The notes: a model not told the origin generated them from the sequence alone. A stretch of DNA of 40,464 bases from Candidatus Eiseniibacteriota bacterium (GCA_030638405.1 DAOWER010000176.1:1-40464); one strand, 5' to 3'. Numbered from the stretch's first letter, positions 16,914 to 25,965 are shown. Numbers and translations: made by a program.

Positions 16914-17894
16914 TCAGTCGACCTCCCCGTTCGCGCCCGCGCCGGGCGTCAGCACGATCGATTCGATCCACCCTCGCTCGAGCGCCAGGCCTTCCTCGAG
17001 CCCGACCCGCGGACGGAAGTCCAGGGCCTCCCTCGCCCTCGAGTTTTCCGCGAGTGTGTCCGTGACGTCTCCTCTGGCGCGCTCAACGTAGCGCCTGTCC
17101 AGCTTGACACCGAGAGTGTCCTCGATGGCGTCGAGCGCATCATTGAGTGTGACGCGGCTTCCGCCTCCCACGTTCAGCACGCTCCCATCGGGTCCCGATT
17201 CCAGTGCCGCCACCGTCGCGCTGACGGTGTCCGCGATGTAGGTGAAGTCGCGCGTCTGCTCCCCGTCGCCGAAGATCGTGATGGGCTCATTGAGCAGCCC
17301 CGCGCGGATGAAGCGGTGGAACGCCATGTCCGGGCGCTGGCGCGGACCGTAGACGGTGAAGTACCTGAGCGACACCGTCGGCACGCCGTAGTTCCGGTGG
17401 TACAGGACCGCGAGATGCTCCGCCGCCAGCTTGGTCACGCCGTACGGAGACACGGGGCAGGTGCGCCCGTCCTCACGCATCGGGAGGTCCGTGGTCTCGC
17501 CGTAGACGGACGACGAGGACGCGTAAACGAACTTGGAGACACCTCGCTCCTTGACCGCCTCGAGAAGACGCTGGCTCGCCTTGATATTGCAGTCGATGTA
17601 GGTCGAGAAGGTCGTCCCCCAGCTGGCCCGGACACCGGCCTGCGCGGCCAGGTGACAGACGGACGTCACTCCGTCGAGCACCGGCCCGAGGTCCGTGACC
17701 GCCAGGTCGGCCTCGACGAGCTCGAAGGAGTCATGTTCCAGGGCCGCCCTGATGTTCTCTTCCTTTAGCGCACGCGGGTAGTAGTCTATGAAGGCGTCCA
17801 CGCCGCGCACCGTCTTCCCGTCCGCCAGCAGACGTTCGACGACGTGTGAGCCCACGAAACCCGCGGCGCCCGTCACGAGTACGATCTCACTCAA
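16914..17894 (-). CDS. NAD-dependent NDP-sugar epimerase/dehydratase (extended SDR)
   Basis: VLVTGAAGFVGSHVVERLL, SSSSVYG, SPYGVTKLAAEHL (YxxxK), RYFTVYGPRQRPDMA. Start reset to TTG 17894, preceded by GGAGG 7 nt upstream. The ORF-track extension to 18035 runs through the tandem hairpin repeat and is Arg-rich junk. Confidence 0.85.
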   Translation of the reverse strand: MSEIVLVTGAAGFVGSHVVERLLADGKTVRGVDAFIDYYPRALKEENIRAALEHDSFELVEADLAVTDLGPVLDGVTSVCHLAAQAGVRASWGTTFSTYIDCNIKASQRLLEAVKERGVSKFVYASSSSVYGETTDLPMREDGRTCPVSPYGVTKLAAEHLAVLYHRNYGVPTVSLRYFTVYGPRQRPDMAFHRFIRAGLLNEPITIFGDGEQTRDFTYIADTVSATVAALESGPDGSVLNVGGGSRVTLNDALDAIEDTLGVKLDRRYVERARGDVTDTLAENSRAREALDFRPRVGLEEGLALERGWIESIVLTPGAGANGEVD

Positions 17895-18966
17895 GTTCCG
17901 ACCTCCGGCTCGTTGCCCGTCCGTCCGGCGCATCCGCGCCGGCGACCGTCCTTCCGCCCGGCGCATCCGCGCCGGCCACCGTCCTGAAGCTCTCTCGTAC
18001 CCTGATGCCCATCGCACCGAACGACCACATGCCAACGCCGGCGATCAGAAGCCCCGTCATCGCATGTGCTACTATGATCACCGCCATCACTTCGTGACGG
18101 GCCACACCCGCCGCCGCGATCCCTCCCGCGAAGATCAGCCCTATGACGAACTCGTTGTAGCCGATCTGTGCGGGCGGCGTGGGCAGGATGTACGACAGCG
18201 TCAGCAGAGTATACCCGAAGAGCACCCTCGTGAAGGCCACATCCACCGAAAATGCCCTGAACATGAAATAGAAGTAGAGCCCGTCTATGAGCACGGCGAC
18301 TCCCGTGAGGGCCAGGAACGACCAGAGCGTCCGTGCCTCCCGCCTGGCGATCCCCATACCTTGGACGAAGAGCCCGATGAACTCCGAGAGTCTCTTGTAG
18401 ACACGACCGGGCAGCCACGAGAACACGGCGCACAGGAGCCGCGACGCCCCGTCGGGGTTCCTGAAGGCGAAGAAGAGGAGTCCCATCGCCAGGACGAAGA
18501 TCGCCAGCACAGTGTAGATGAGCGTCGCGAGCGTGGCGCTCATGCGGATGGACAGGATAGGCACCATCGCCACCACGAACAGGATCGAGACGAGTTCGAA
18601 GAGCTTGTCCACGAACACCGTCGGGAGGCTCGTGGCTATCGGGATGCCCTTGAGGCGCTTGAGGAAGAACGACTTCGCTACCTCCCCCGCTCGGATGGGG
18701 ACGATGTAGTTGAGGAAGTACCCGGCCATCAGCATGTGGAAGCTTTCGGATACGCGGAGCGGCACTATGGGGTGAAGGATGGCCCGCCATCTCAGACTCC
18801 GTACGAAGTAGGCCGTGAGGTACAGCACGGCCGCGGCCGCCAGCCAGCCGACGTTCGCCTTCCCCATGTTCCGCCGAAGCTCGGTCGTGTCCACACCCCA
18901 GAGGGCCAGCGCCAGCAGGACGAAGCCCGCAACGATCGCGACCGTTATGCGCAGTCGCCGGTTCAA
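17887..18966 (-). CDS. UPF0104 / LPG-synthase-TM 'flippase-like' integral membrane protein
   Basis: 359 aa, about 8 TM helices. N-terminal ...LAAAAVLYLTAYFVRSLRWRAIL... matches the R-x-x-R-W motif of the family. The TTG start overlaps the upstream stop (TTGA). The true C-terminus is uncertain because the last ~35 aa are encoded by the tandem repeat. Confidence 0.7.
   Translation of the reverse strand: MNRRLRITVAIVAGFVLLALALWGVDTTELRRNMGKANVGWLAAAAVLYLTAYFVRSLRWRAILHPIVPLRVSESFHMLMAGYFLNYIVPIRAGEVAKSFFLKRLKGIPIATSLPTVFVDKLFELVSILFVVAMVPILSIRMSATLATLIYTVLAIFVLAMGLLFFAFRNPDGASRLLCAVFSWLPGRVYKRLSEFIGLFVQGMGIARREARTLWSFLALTGVAVLIDGLYFYFMFRAFSVDVAFTRVLFGYTLLTLSYILPTPPAQIGYNEFVIGLIFAGGIAAAGVARHEVMAVIIVAHAMTGLLIAGVGMWSFGAMGIRVRESFRTVAGADAPGGRTVAGADAPDGRATSRRSELE
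17923..17988. repeat. Two tandem 33-bp units, each containing the perfect hairpin CCGGCGC-ATCC-GCGCCGG
   Basis: Units 17923..17955 and 17956..17988 match at roughly 28 of 33 positions. Hairpins at 17925..17942 and 17958..17975 (7-bp GC stem, 4-nt loop). The repeat encodes the duplicated tail RTVAGADAPGG/RTVAGADAPDG of the upstream membrane protein and sits about 30 nt upstream of the epimerase start. Confidence 0.85.
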
Positions 18967-19817
18967 GCGGCATCCTCCCCACCGTTGTGCCTCCGGGCCA
19001 GCACACCCCGGTGGTGCGCGAAGAAGATCTTGAGGGGTCTGAACCCCGTGTTCTCTATCGCGAAGTGCTTCTCGATGTCGGCCAGGAGTTCACCCAGACG
19101 TTCGTCGTCGAAGTACGGCAACGTGTCGACCGTCCACGTGTACCTCTCGAGCCTCTTGGACCCGCTGACGAATTTCTTCAGGAACGGAAGGAACGTCGCG
19201 GCCACCTCTTCTATCGGTGAGTCTATGTCGGGCCACCACGGGACGTCGACGAGCATGCGCTCGACGACCTTGAATCCCCGGTCCGCCAGTTTTGAGGCGA
19301 CCGCACGAGTGTTCATCACGGAGATGTTCCCGTGACTCCACTCTTCGCCCGCCACCTTGTGGTGTAGCCGGTGTATCGGGAACCCGTAGTTCCACGTATT
19401 GGAGACGAACACCATGACGAATCGGCTGCTCGCCTCGCACATCTCGTCCAGAAGGGCATCGGCCGACGCGACCTGCGGCAGCGAGTTGAAGTTCCACACG
19501 AAGTCGTGCGATCGCGGCTCGACGCCGAGGGAATCCCCATGCGCCGCCCGAATGACGACCCTGTCCCGCAGGCCAAGCGCCTGCCAGGCGCGTTCAGCGA
19601 GTGCGACCTCCTCGGGGTCGCCAAGCACGAGGTCGACAGAGGCGCCACGCTGCGCCAGCGGGACGCTGTTGAGCCCGCTGATGCCCGTTATGCCGTCGGT
19701 GGGGCCCTCGAGGACCTTGTTTATGGTGTACCTGTCAGCGAGCGCCGCCAGGAGCCGAGCCACGGCGACTCGCTCGTAGCTCGTTCCCAGTCCGGTGTCT
19801 TTCTCGGTCGCCGGCAT
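18963..19817 (-). CDS. Hypothetical protein, possible class-I SAM-methyltransferase fold (non-canonical Gly-rich motif)
   Basis: Spacing of motifs I to III is suggestive: VLEGPTDGITGISGLNS ... VDLVLGD ... HDFVWNFNSL ... SRFVMVFVSN. AAGGAG RBS 9 nt upstream. Coding is well supported by composition, but the function call is weak. Confidence 0.45.
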   Translation of the reverse strand: MPATEKDTGLGTSYERVAVARLLAALADRYTINKVLEGPTDGITGISGLNSVPLAQRGASVDLVLGDPEEVALAERAWQALGLRDRVVIRAAHGDSLGVEPRSHDFVWNFNSLPQVASADALLDEMCEASSRFVMVFVSNTWNYGFPIHRLHHKVAGEEWSHGNISVMNTRAVASKLADRGFKVVERMLVDVPWWPDIDSPIEEVAATFLPFLKKFVSGSKRLERYTWTVDTLPYFDDERLGELLADIEKHFAIENTGFRPLKIFFAHHRGVLARRHNGGEDAA

Positions 19818-19820
19818 TCG

Positions 19821-20960
19821 CTAGAGCTCCTTCCTTAGAGTCTCAGCGACTTCCTCGGGAGTGGGCGGGCACCCGCTGATGTGCGTCAGACCCTCGCTCT
19901 CCGCGAGTCCCCGTGTGCACTGCCCGAGACAGACCACGCGTCCGGTCTCCCCCGGGAGGTGCGCCGCCTTACCCTGTATGATGTGGAGCTTCCTGAAGAC
20001 GCCCCAGTACGCCAGCTTGGGTACCAGCGTGAACCAGTACTTCGGTCTGCGCACCGCCAGGTGCGCGGCGCCGCTGAACGAGTCGATGCACATGGAACAT
20101 GCGGTGGGATCGCGCCAGGAGTAGATATTGGCCACGCGGCCGAACTCCTCGTTGGCACGCTCGAACTTCCTGGAGGGCGCCGTCCCCTTGACCTCGGGGT
20201 CCATGCCGCCTGCCCCGAGCTCGTGCGCCAGCCTCAGGTGGTCGATCTGCATCGGATCGAACCCGATCAGACGCGCCGCCACCGCATCGACCTCCACCAT
20301 GTTCGTACCGACCGCGAAGACGCGCGACCTCACGACCTTGCCGTTGAGCGGTCCGTCGCCCTCCACTCCGGTTATGCCGTCCAGCACGATGAGGTCCGGC
20401 GGTCGTATGGTCGCCTGCTGGGCCAGCGGATCGTGCAGACCCAGCTGATGATCGCGTTTCTTGTCCGGTTCCGACAGCAGACCCTTGTGGTTCTTTACCG
20501 CCAGAGTGACCCTCGTGTAGCCGTGCGTCTTGAGCTTCGGGACGTTGACGTAGAGGTCCGTATCCTCGACGATCACGGGAACTCCCATCTCCCCGTACTT
20601 CCACTCCCGCGTCCGTCGCTCCACGGTGTTGAGATTGACGAGATCGACGCCCAGGCGCTCCGCGAGCTTCGCGTACCCGGTTACGCGGAAGACATTCTCG
20701 ACGTCCAGTCCGACGCCCGGTCCGTCACCGATCGATATAGAAGTGAGGCCTCGCTGCCGGAGCACATTGACGAGCGCCTCCACCACGACCGGATGAGTTA
20801 CGACAGCCGTCTTGGGCTTCGCGGCGATCACCAGGTTCGGCTTGATGAACGCCGTGCGCTTCCCCGAGAGATCCACACCCAGCTCGTCGAGTGCACGACC
20901 TAGCGCGTCCTGCACGTCGTCGAGCCTGTAGCATCCTATCTCTTCCAGAAAGACCGCCAC
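19821..20960 (-). CDS. DUF362-domain protein with C-terminal cysteine cluster
   Basis: N-terminal GKRTAFIKPNLVIAAKP...THPVVVEALVNVLRQRG...ISIGDGPG is the DUF362 core. C-terminal CSMC...CLGQC...GC cysteines suggest metal or Fe-S binding. Confidence 0.7.
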   Translation of the reverse strand: MAVFLEEIGCYRLDDVQDALGRALDELGVDLSGKRTAFIKPNLVIAAKPKTAVVTHPVVVEALVNVLRQRGLTSISIGDGPGVGLDVENVFRVTGYAKLAERLGVDLVNLNTVERRTREWKYGEMGVPVIVEDTDLYVNVPKLKTHGYTRVTLAVKNHKGLLSEPDKKRDHQLGLHDPLAQQATIRPPDLIVLDGITGVEGDGPLNGKVVRSRVFAVGTNMVEVDAVAARLIGFDPMQIDHLRLAHELGAGGMDPEVKGTAPSRKFERANEEFGRVANIYSWRDPTACSMCIDSFSGAAHLAVRRPKYWFTLVPKLAYWGVFRKLHIIQGKAAHLPGETGRVVCLGQCTRGLAESEGLTHISGCPPTPEEVAETLRKEL

Positions 20961-20993
20961 TCCTCACCTTCCTCCTGTGTCGCCGCCCGACTC

Positions 20994-22091
20994 TTAATGC
21001 CCGGCGCCGCCCCTCCGGCCGGTCGCGACCTCGAAGGCCACGCCCGCGACGGTCGGCACGTGCATCAGCATGTTCGTGTAGCCGGCGTTCGCGAGCGGAC
21101 ACGCGCACTCGCCGGCTCTGACCCTCTTGCGTTCCTCGTCCGCCTTCTCGCCGTACCAGATGCGGCGGAAGTCGTAGTCGACGTCGCGCAGGTTTCCTAT
21201 CGACTCGGCCTTGACGCAGCAGAACCACACGTGTCCGTCGGGAGCGATCTGCGCCGACGCCACTCCCGCATAGCACGGGATCGGTTGTCCGCCGGCAGTC
21301 AGGAAGCGCTTCACCAGCTCGTAGTACCGCACCCTGAACGACTGGGTGACGCGCGAGATGCCGGAGTAGGTCTGCTCCCTGATCCTCGCGATCAGGAAGT
21401 CGACGGCCCCCGCGTACGCATCTGCGGAGGGCGTTATCGAAGCCCCGAGTGTCTCGAGCTCCACTCGTTCCTCCGCTATCTCCGTGATGAACGAGTCGGG
21501 CGCGAGCTCGCGCGCGACGTACTCGTAGATGGCGGGTATCTGCTCGACATTGTGGATCGAGATAACGGTGTGCACGCCCACGGTCAGATTCGGGGCGTTG
21601 AGGTTCCTCAGGCCGCGGTACGTCTCGACGGCCTTCTCGAAGCTCCCGTCGACGCCTCTGATCCTGTCGTGCTCGTCTCCTATGCCGTCCAGAGAGAGGT
21701 TGATGATGACCTGCGTCTTGGGGCACCGCTCCGCGATCTCATCGACCATCAACGGTATCCGCGACGAAAGGAGGCCGTTCGTCGGTATGTTGATGATCCC
21801 GGGCTTACCGTGCCGGTACGCGCTCTCGCAGATGTCCGGCAGGTCGGATCGGAGGAAGGGTTCGCCGCCGCTCATCGTGTACCAGTACGGTGCCCGACCG
21901 AGCGACCGGAACGTCCGGTCGAACTCGTCCACCGTGAACTCTTTCGCGTCTTTCGTGTAGACGTTGCACGTGAGGCAGCGGGAGTTGCAGCGGTACGTGA
22001 CGCTGACCGTCAGGTTCAGTGGGAGGATCCTGGGCCACCCTGTCGCGTGTGCCATCTTGTAGAGTGGGATCTTTGCGAGAATCTCAACCAT
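20994..22091 (-). CDS. Radical SAM enzyme with C-terminal SPASM/twitch-like Cys-rich domain
   Basis: LNLTVSVTYRCNSRCLTCNV (CX3CX2C), MSGGEPFL, INIPTNG. C-terminal PIPCYAG...IAPDGHVWFCC...IGNL...GECACP. Start reset to ATG 22091 (MVEILAKIPLYK...), an 8-nt overlap with the upstream GT2 stop. The ORF-track N-terminal 104 aa (to 22403) are Ser/Arg/Pro-rich and overlap the GT2 gene. Confidence 0.85.
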   Translation of the reverse strand: MVEILAKIPLYKMAHATGWPRILPLNLTVSVTYRCNSRCLTCNVYTKDAKEFTVDEFDRTFRSLGRAPYWYTMSGGEPFLRSDLPDICESAYRHGKPGIINIPTNGLLSSRIPLMVDEIAERCPKTQVIINLSLDGIGDEHDRIRGVDGSFEKAVETYRGLRNLNAPNLTVGVHTVISIHNVEQIPAIYEYVARELAPDSFITEIAEERVELETLGASITPSADAYAGAVDFLIARIREQTYSGISRVTQSFRVRYYELVKRFLTAGGQPIPCYAGVASAQIAPDGHVWFCCVKAESIGNLRDVDYDFRRIWYGEKADEERKRVRAGECACPLANAGYTNMLMHVPTVAGVAFEVATGRRGGAGH

Positions 22092-23016
22092 CGATCGCCC
22101 CCGCCCCCCCTGCTCCGGTGTTGTGGGTCGCGGGTGCGTCGAGGTTCTTGGTGCTTTTGGATACTTCCCATGTGTAGGGGTTCTTCTTGAGCACGTAGTA
22201 GTCGACGGTGCCCAGAAGGCGCCCCACGAACTCGAGGAACACGCCGCCCGTGGTCCATAGAAGGGTCCGCGGGGTAGGCTTGAGGTCTTCCAGCAGGACC
22301 GAGAGAATCCCCCCGACCTTCTTCGTCGACACCTCGTAGGACTGGACCTTCGAGAGCCAGATGTGGCCAGCGTAGATCCGCCGCCTCTGCTTGAGGAAGT
22401 CACCGACGGTCGAGGCTCCCTTGTTGTAGACGGTGGCGTCGCCCGCGTAGGCCAGCGAACTGCCGCTCTCGACGACGATGGCCTCGATGCTCGCTTCGTC
22501 CACGGCGGTGTCCGCCGGTATTACCTTCACGAACGACCGGAACGCGACCATCTCGCCGAGCTTCGGGGACTTGAGTGCGAGCATGTGGTGAAGCCGCCAG
22601 AGCATGTGGACCACGAAACCCATGAAGGTGTCCGGGTCGTCCACGGGAACCGGCCTGCCGCCGGTCATGCCCACGTCTGGGTTCCGGAAGGGCGCGAGCA
22701 TTCGCTCAACGCAATCGGGCGCCGGGATCGTGTCGCCGCTCTCGAGGATGAAGATGTCCGCTTCCGCCGCGTCCAGGAACAGGTTGATGGCCGACGCCTT
22801 GCCCTCACGCGACTCCTGCCTGATGAGCGATATGCGCTCGTCCTTCGCGGCCCACTCTCGCACGATGTCGTCGGTGCGGTCGGACGACCCGCTGGACACG
22901 ACGATGATCTGGCGGATCTCGACGTTGTCGAGCGACTGCCCCGTGAGCGCCGCCAGGAGTTTGCCGATGTTCTGCTCTTCGTTGTATGCCATCACGCCGA
23001 CGCTTGCAGTCAGCAC
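22084..23016 (-). CDS. GT2 glycosyltransferase
   Basis: SVGVMAYNEEQNIGKLLAAL...IIVVSSGSSDRTDDIV...GKASAINLF...IFILESGDTIP. Confidence 0.8.
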   Translation of the reverse strand: MLTASVGVMAYNEEQNIGKLLAALTGQSLDNVEIRQIIVVSSGSSDRTDDIVREWAAKDERISLIRQESREGKASAINLFLDAAEADIFILESGDTIPAPDCVERMLAPFRNPDVGMTGGRPVPVDDPDTFMGFVVHMLWRLHHMLALKSPKLGEMVAFRSFVKVIPADTAVDEASIEAIVVESGSSLAYAGDATVYNKGASTVGDFLKQRRRIYAGHIWLSKVQSYEVSTKKVGGILSVLLEDLKPTPRTLLWTTGGVFLEFVGRLLGTVDYYVLKKNPYTWEVSKSTKNLDAPATHNTGAGGAGAIDG

Positions 23017-23037
23017 GTCGCTCCTCCGGTCAGCTCC

Positions 23038-23763
23038 CTACTGCCCGAGCAAGAGCCTGTCTCCCAGGAACCTGGGCAGCCCGGCCTGCAGTATCTTGGT
23101 TCGAGCCGTGTGAAGGTCATACGCCACCGGCACCAGGCGCGCACTCCTCTCCTCGAGGTCCAGGACCGCGAAGCACGCCCGCGGGTCACCGTTCCTCGGT
23201 TGCCCCACGCTCCCCACATTCATGAGCACGCGAGCTCCCGCGGGAAGGGCGACCTCCCCCTCCAGAAGCTCGCTGGTCCCGACTTCCGTTCTCAGCACTA
23301 TCATCGGCACGTGGGAGTGGCCGATGAAGCAGAACGACTCGTCGAAGGTCGAGAACTCCTGGGCCGCCGCCTGGGGACTCAGAATGTAGCGCCACTTCTC
23401 CGGCTCGCCCGGAGACGCGTGAACGAGGCGGACGTCCGCAAGAAAGCTCTCGTACATCAGGCTCCTGAGATAGTCCAGGTTATCCTCGGTCAGCTCATCG
23501 CGGGTCCACCGAATGGCCTGCACCGCCCAGGAGTTGAAGTAGGCCTCCTCGGCGGGGACGACGGCGGCCTGGTCGTGGTTGCCCCGCACGGTAACGTCGG
23601 CTCGCGATCTGACGAGCTCGACGACCTCGTTCGGATTGGCGCCGTAGCCCACGACGTCACCGAGGCAGACTATGCCGTCGACGTCCATCTCGTCTATCAC
23701 GTCGAGCACCGCCGTGAGGGCTTCGTAGTTGCCGTGTATGTCGCTGATGATCGCGTATCGCAC
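23038..23763 (-). CDS. Metallophosphoesterase (calcineurin-like, YfcE/PrpE-type)
   Basis: MRYAIISDIHGNYEAL...VCLGDVVGYG...RGNHD...IGHSH...NVGSVGQPR. Confidence 0.85.
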   Translation of the reverse strand: MRYAIISDIHGNYEALTAVLDVIDEMDVDGIVCLGDVVGYGANPNEVVELVRSRADVTVRGNHDQAAVVPAEEAYFNSWAVQAIRWTRDELTEDNLDYLRSLMYESFLADVRLVHASPGEPEKWRYILSPQAAAQEFSTFDESFCFIGHSHVPMIVLRTEVGTSELLEGEVALPAGARVLMNVGSVGQPRNGDPRACFAVLDLEERSARLVPVAYDLHTARTKILQAGLPRFLGDRLLLGQ

Positions 23764-23773
23764 GGGAAGTCTG

Positions 23774-24187
23774 TTAGTCCTCCGTGTCCCCCTGGCGCCT
23801 GACGTCTCCTGCTATCCGGTCTAGGACTCCGTTAACGAACCTGCCGCACTCACCCGAACTGAACTTGCGGGCCAGCTCCACTGCCTCGTTGATGATGACA
23901 CTAACGGACGTGTCGCGTCGCTCCAGCAGCTCGTACACGCCGATGCGGAGCACCGTGAGATCCACGATGCCCATGCGAGGGATGTCCCAGTGTTCGCTCG
24001 CCTCGGATATGGCGGCGTCTATGCGCTCGAGGTCCGAACGCACGCCGGAGACGAGCCTGCCCGCGAATTCCAGCGCCTCGTCTGTGCCATCCTGTATGTC
24101 AGGTATGGCCAGGTCCGTAAGCCCTGTCAGCTTCTCACGATACAAGAGCATGACGGCGAACTCCCGGCCTTCCCTTCTGAAATCCAT
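23774..24187 (-). CDS. nusB: Transcription antitermination factor NusB
   Basis: 137 aa: REFAVMLLYREKL...WDIPRMGIVDLTVLRIGVYELL...DTSVSVIINEAVELARKFS...FVNGVLD. Position after ribH is the classical arrangement. Confidence 0.85.
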   Translation of the reverse strand: MDFRREGREFAVMLLYREKLTGLTDLAIPDIQDGTDEALEFAGRLVSGVRSDLERIDAAISEASEHWDIPRMGIVDLTVLRIGVYELLERRDTSVSVIINEAVELARKFSSGECGRFVNGVLDRIAGDVRRQGDTED

Positions 24188-24211
24188 GAACGGAACGCCC
24201 CCCGCCGTCTG

Positions 24212-24679
24212 CTATTTCATCAACGCGTAGAGATCGGCCAACTCCATGGCCGACTGCGCCGCGTCCCATCCCCTGTTTCCGCTCTTCGACCCGGCGCGCT
24301 CGATGGCCTGCTCCAGGCTGTCGGCCGTCACGACTCCGAAGACCGCAGGGATGCCGGTTTCGGCCGCCACGTGCGCGACGCCCTTCGCGACTTCCGAGGC
24401 CACGTAGTCAAAATGCGGGGTCGCCCCACGGATGACCACGCCCAAGCATACTACCGCATCGTAACTCCCGGAGTCACCCATTCTTTTGGCGACCGCGGGG
24501 ATGTCGAAGGCGCCCGGCACCCAGGCGACGGAGATGTCGTCGTCGGCCGTCCCGTGCCTTCTCAGACAGTCCATCGCGCCCTCCAGAAGCCTCAGTGAGA
24601 CGAACTCGTTGAACCGTGAAACGACGACCGCGAATTTGCGTCCCGCACCGGTGATGTTTCCTTCGTAGACCTTGCTCAT
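24212..24679 (-). CDS. ribH: 6,7-dimethyl-8-ribityllumazine synthase
   Basis: [12 protein letters not shown]...[11 protein letters not shown]...[21 protein letters not shown]...GVPVIFGVLT-like [22 protein letters not shown]. Confidence 0.95.
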   Translation of the reverse strand: MSKVYEGNITGAGRKFAVVVSRFNEFVSLRLLEGAMDCLRRHGTADDDISVAWVPGAFDIPAVAKRMGDSGSYDAVVCLGVVIRGATPHFDYVASEVAKGVAHVAAETGIPAVFGVVTADSLEQAIERAGSKSGNRGWDAAQSAMELADLYALMK

Positions 24680-24696
24680 GTCTTCAATCCCCTCCG

Positions 24697-25965
24697 TTAC
24701 TCGTCTCGCTCCGTATCAGACCCGCGGCCCTTGCTGCCAACCGCACAGCTCTCAAGCCCCAGCAAGTGCCCCAGCTTCTCCTTCTTCGTAGTCAGATAAC
24801 GCCTGTTCCTGTCCGTCGGCTCGATCTCGATCCCCACTCTCTCCACGATGGTCAGGCCGTAGCCCTCGAGCCCCACCACCTTCTTCGGGTTGTTCGTCAG
24901 GAGCCTGATGCGCCGAATCCCAAGATCCGCGAGGATCTGCGCTCCGATCCCGTAGTCCCTGAGGTCGGCTTCGAAACCCAGCTCTTCGTTGGCCTCCACG
25001 GTATCCCTTCCGTGGTCCTGCAGTTCGTAGGCCTTGAGCTTGTTCAGAAGGCCGATCCCGCGCCCCTCCTGGCGCATGTAGAGGAACACGCCCTCGCCCT
25101 CTCGCTCTATCGCTTCCAGCGCGTGCCCCAACTGGTCGCCGCAGTCGCACCGTGCGGACCCGAAGACGTCGCCCGTCAGACACTCGGAGTGCACCCGGAC
25201 CAGCACGTCCTTGTCGGGTGTCGGCTCCCCCTTGATAAGCGCGAGATGCGGGTCATTGTCGAGTTCACTCTCATAGACCACCAGTTTGAAATCGCCGTAC
25301 CTCGTCGGCAGGATCGTCTGCGCGGCGGCGTGGACGAGCTTCTCCGTCGACCGCCTGTACTCGATGATGGAGCGGACGCTCACTACGTGCATCCCGAAAC
25401 GCTCGGCCATGCGCTGGAGCTCCGGCATCCTGGCCATGCTCCCGTCCTCACTCATGATCTCGCAGAGTATTCCCGCGGGCATCAGACCCGCCAGCCTCGC
25501 CAGGTCCACGGCCGCCTCCGTGTGTCCAGCCCTCTTGAGAACGCCTCCCTCACTCGCTCGCAGCGGGAAGACGTGGCCGGGTCTCGCGAGATCGCTCGGT
25601 CTCGTGTCGGGGTCGACCAGAGCCTCGATGGTCGTCGCGCGGTCGTGGGCGGAGATACCGGTCGTCGTCCCTTTGACCGCGTCCACCGACACAGCGAAGG
25701 CAGTGCCCATTATCGACGTGTTCTTCCCCACCATTGGATGGAGGTCGAGCTCGTCGAGCCGCGCGCCGGTCATCGGAACGCAGATGAGTCCCCGGCCCTC
25801 CCGGGAGATGAAGTTGATCGCCTCGGGCGTCACCTTCTCGGCGGCCATGATCAGGTCACCCTCGTTCTCCCGTGTCTCGTCGTCAACGACGATGACCATC
25901 CTGCCCTGCCGGATGTCCTCGATCGCGGCTTCCACCTTACGGAGATCTTCCCTCATGATCCTCAC
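24697..25965 (-). CDS. ribBA: Bifunctional 3,4-dihydroxy-2-butanone-4-phosphate synthase / GTP cyclohydrolase II
   Basis: [23 protein letters not shown]...GLICVPM...AHDRATT...RPGHVFPL...[16 protein letters not shown] (RibB) then [24 protein letters not shown]...[18 protein letters not shown]...DTVEAN (RibA). The GTG start overlaps the ribE stop (GTGA). Confidence 0.95.
   Translation of the reverse strand: MRIMREDLRKVEAAIEDIRQGRMVIVVDDETRENEGDLIMAAEKVTPEAINFISREGRGLICVPMTGARLDELDLHPMVGKNTSIMGTAFAVSVDAVKGTTTGISAHDRATTIEALVDPDTRPSDLARPGHVFPLRASEGGVLKRAGHTEAAVDLARLAGLMPAGILCEIMSEDGSMARMPELQRMAERFGMHVVSVRSIIEYRRSTEKLVHAAAQTILPTRYGDFKLVVYESELDNDPHLALIKGEPTPDKDVLVRVHSECLTGDVFGSARCDCGDQLGHALEAIEREGEGVFLYMRQEGRGIGLLNKLKAYELQDHGRDTVEANEELGFEADLRDYGIGAQILADLGIRRIRLLTNNPKKVVGLEGYGLTIVERVGIEIEPTDRNRRYLTTKKEKLGHLLGLESCAVGSKGRGSDTERDE

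Noticed and set aside
17788-19335. Plus-strand ORF 17788..19335 (515 aa) and the alternative minus frame 17891..19006 (371 aa)
   Set aside because: They overlap the UPF0104 membrane protein and the MT-fold gene. The chosen frame yields about 8 clean TM helices and the R-x-x-RW motif, while the alternatives are Arg/Gly/His-rich.
20961-20993. RiPP precursor peptide next to the SPASM radical SAM enzyme
   Set aside because: The only non-coding spacer is 33 nt, and the flanking genes are a GT2 and a DUF362 protein. No short Cys-, Gly- or Ser-rich ORF is available on the same strand.
22092-22403. N-terminal 104-aa extension of the radical SAM ORF
   Set aside because: It is Ser/Arg/Pro/Thr-rich, lies wholly inside the upstream GT2 gene in another frame, and the internal ATG 22091 gives the usual distance to the CX3CX2C motif and an 8-nt stop-start overlap. 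The extensions of selA (35585..35863) and of the epimerase (17895..18035) were trimmed for the same reasons.
19881-23802. Plus-strand ORFs 19881..20903, 20997..22190 and 22363..23802, and minus alternative frames 19969..20604 and 20725..21726
   Set aside because: They are shadows of the DUF362, radical SAM, GT2 and metallophosphoesterase genes. They have no motifs and biased Arg/Asp/Val/His composition.
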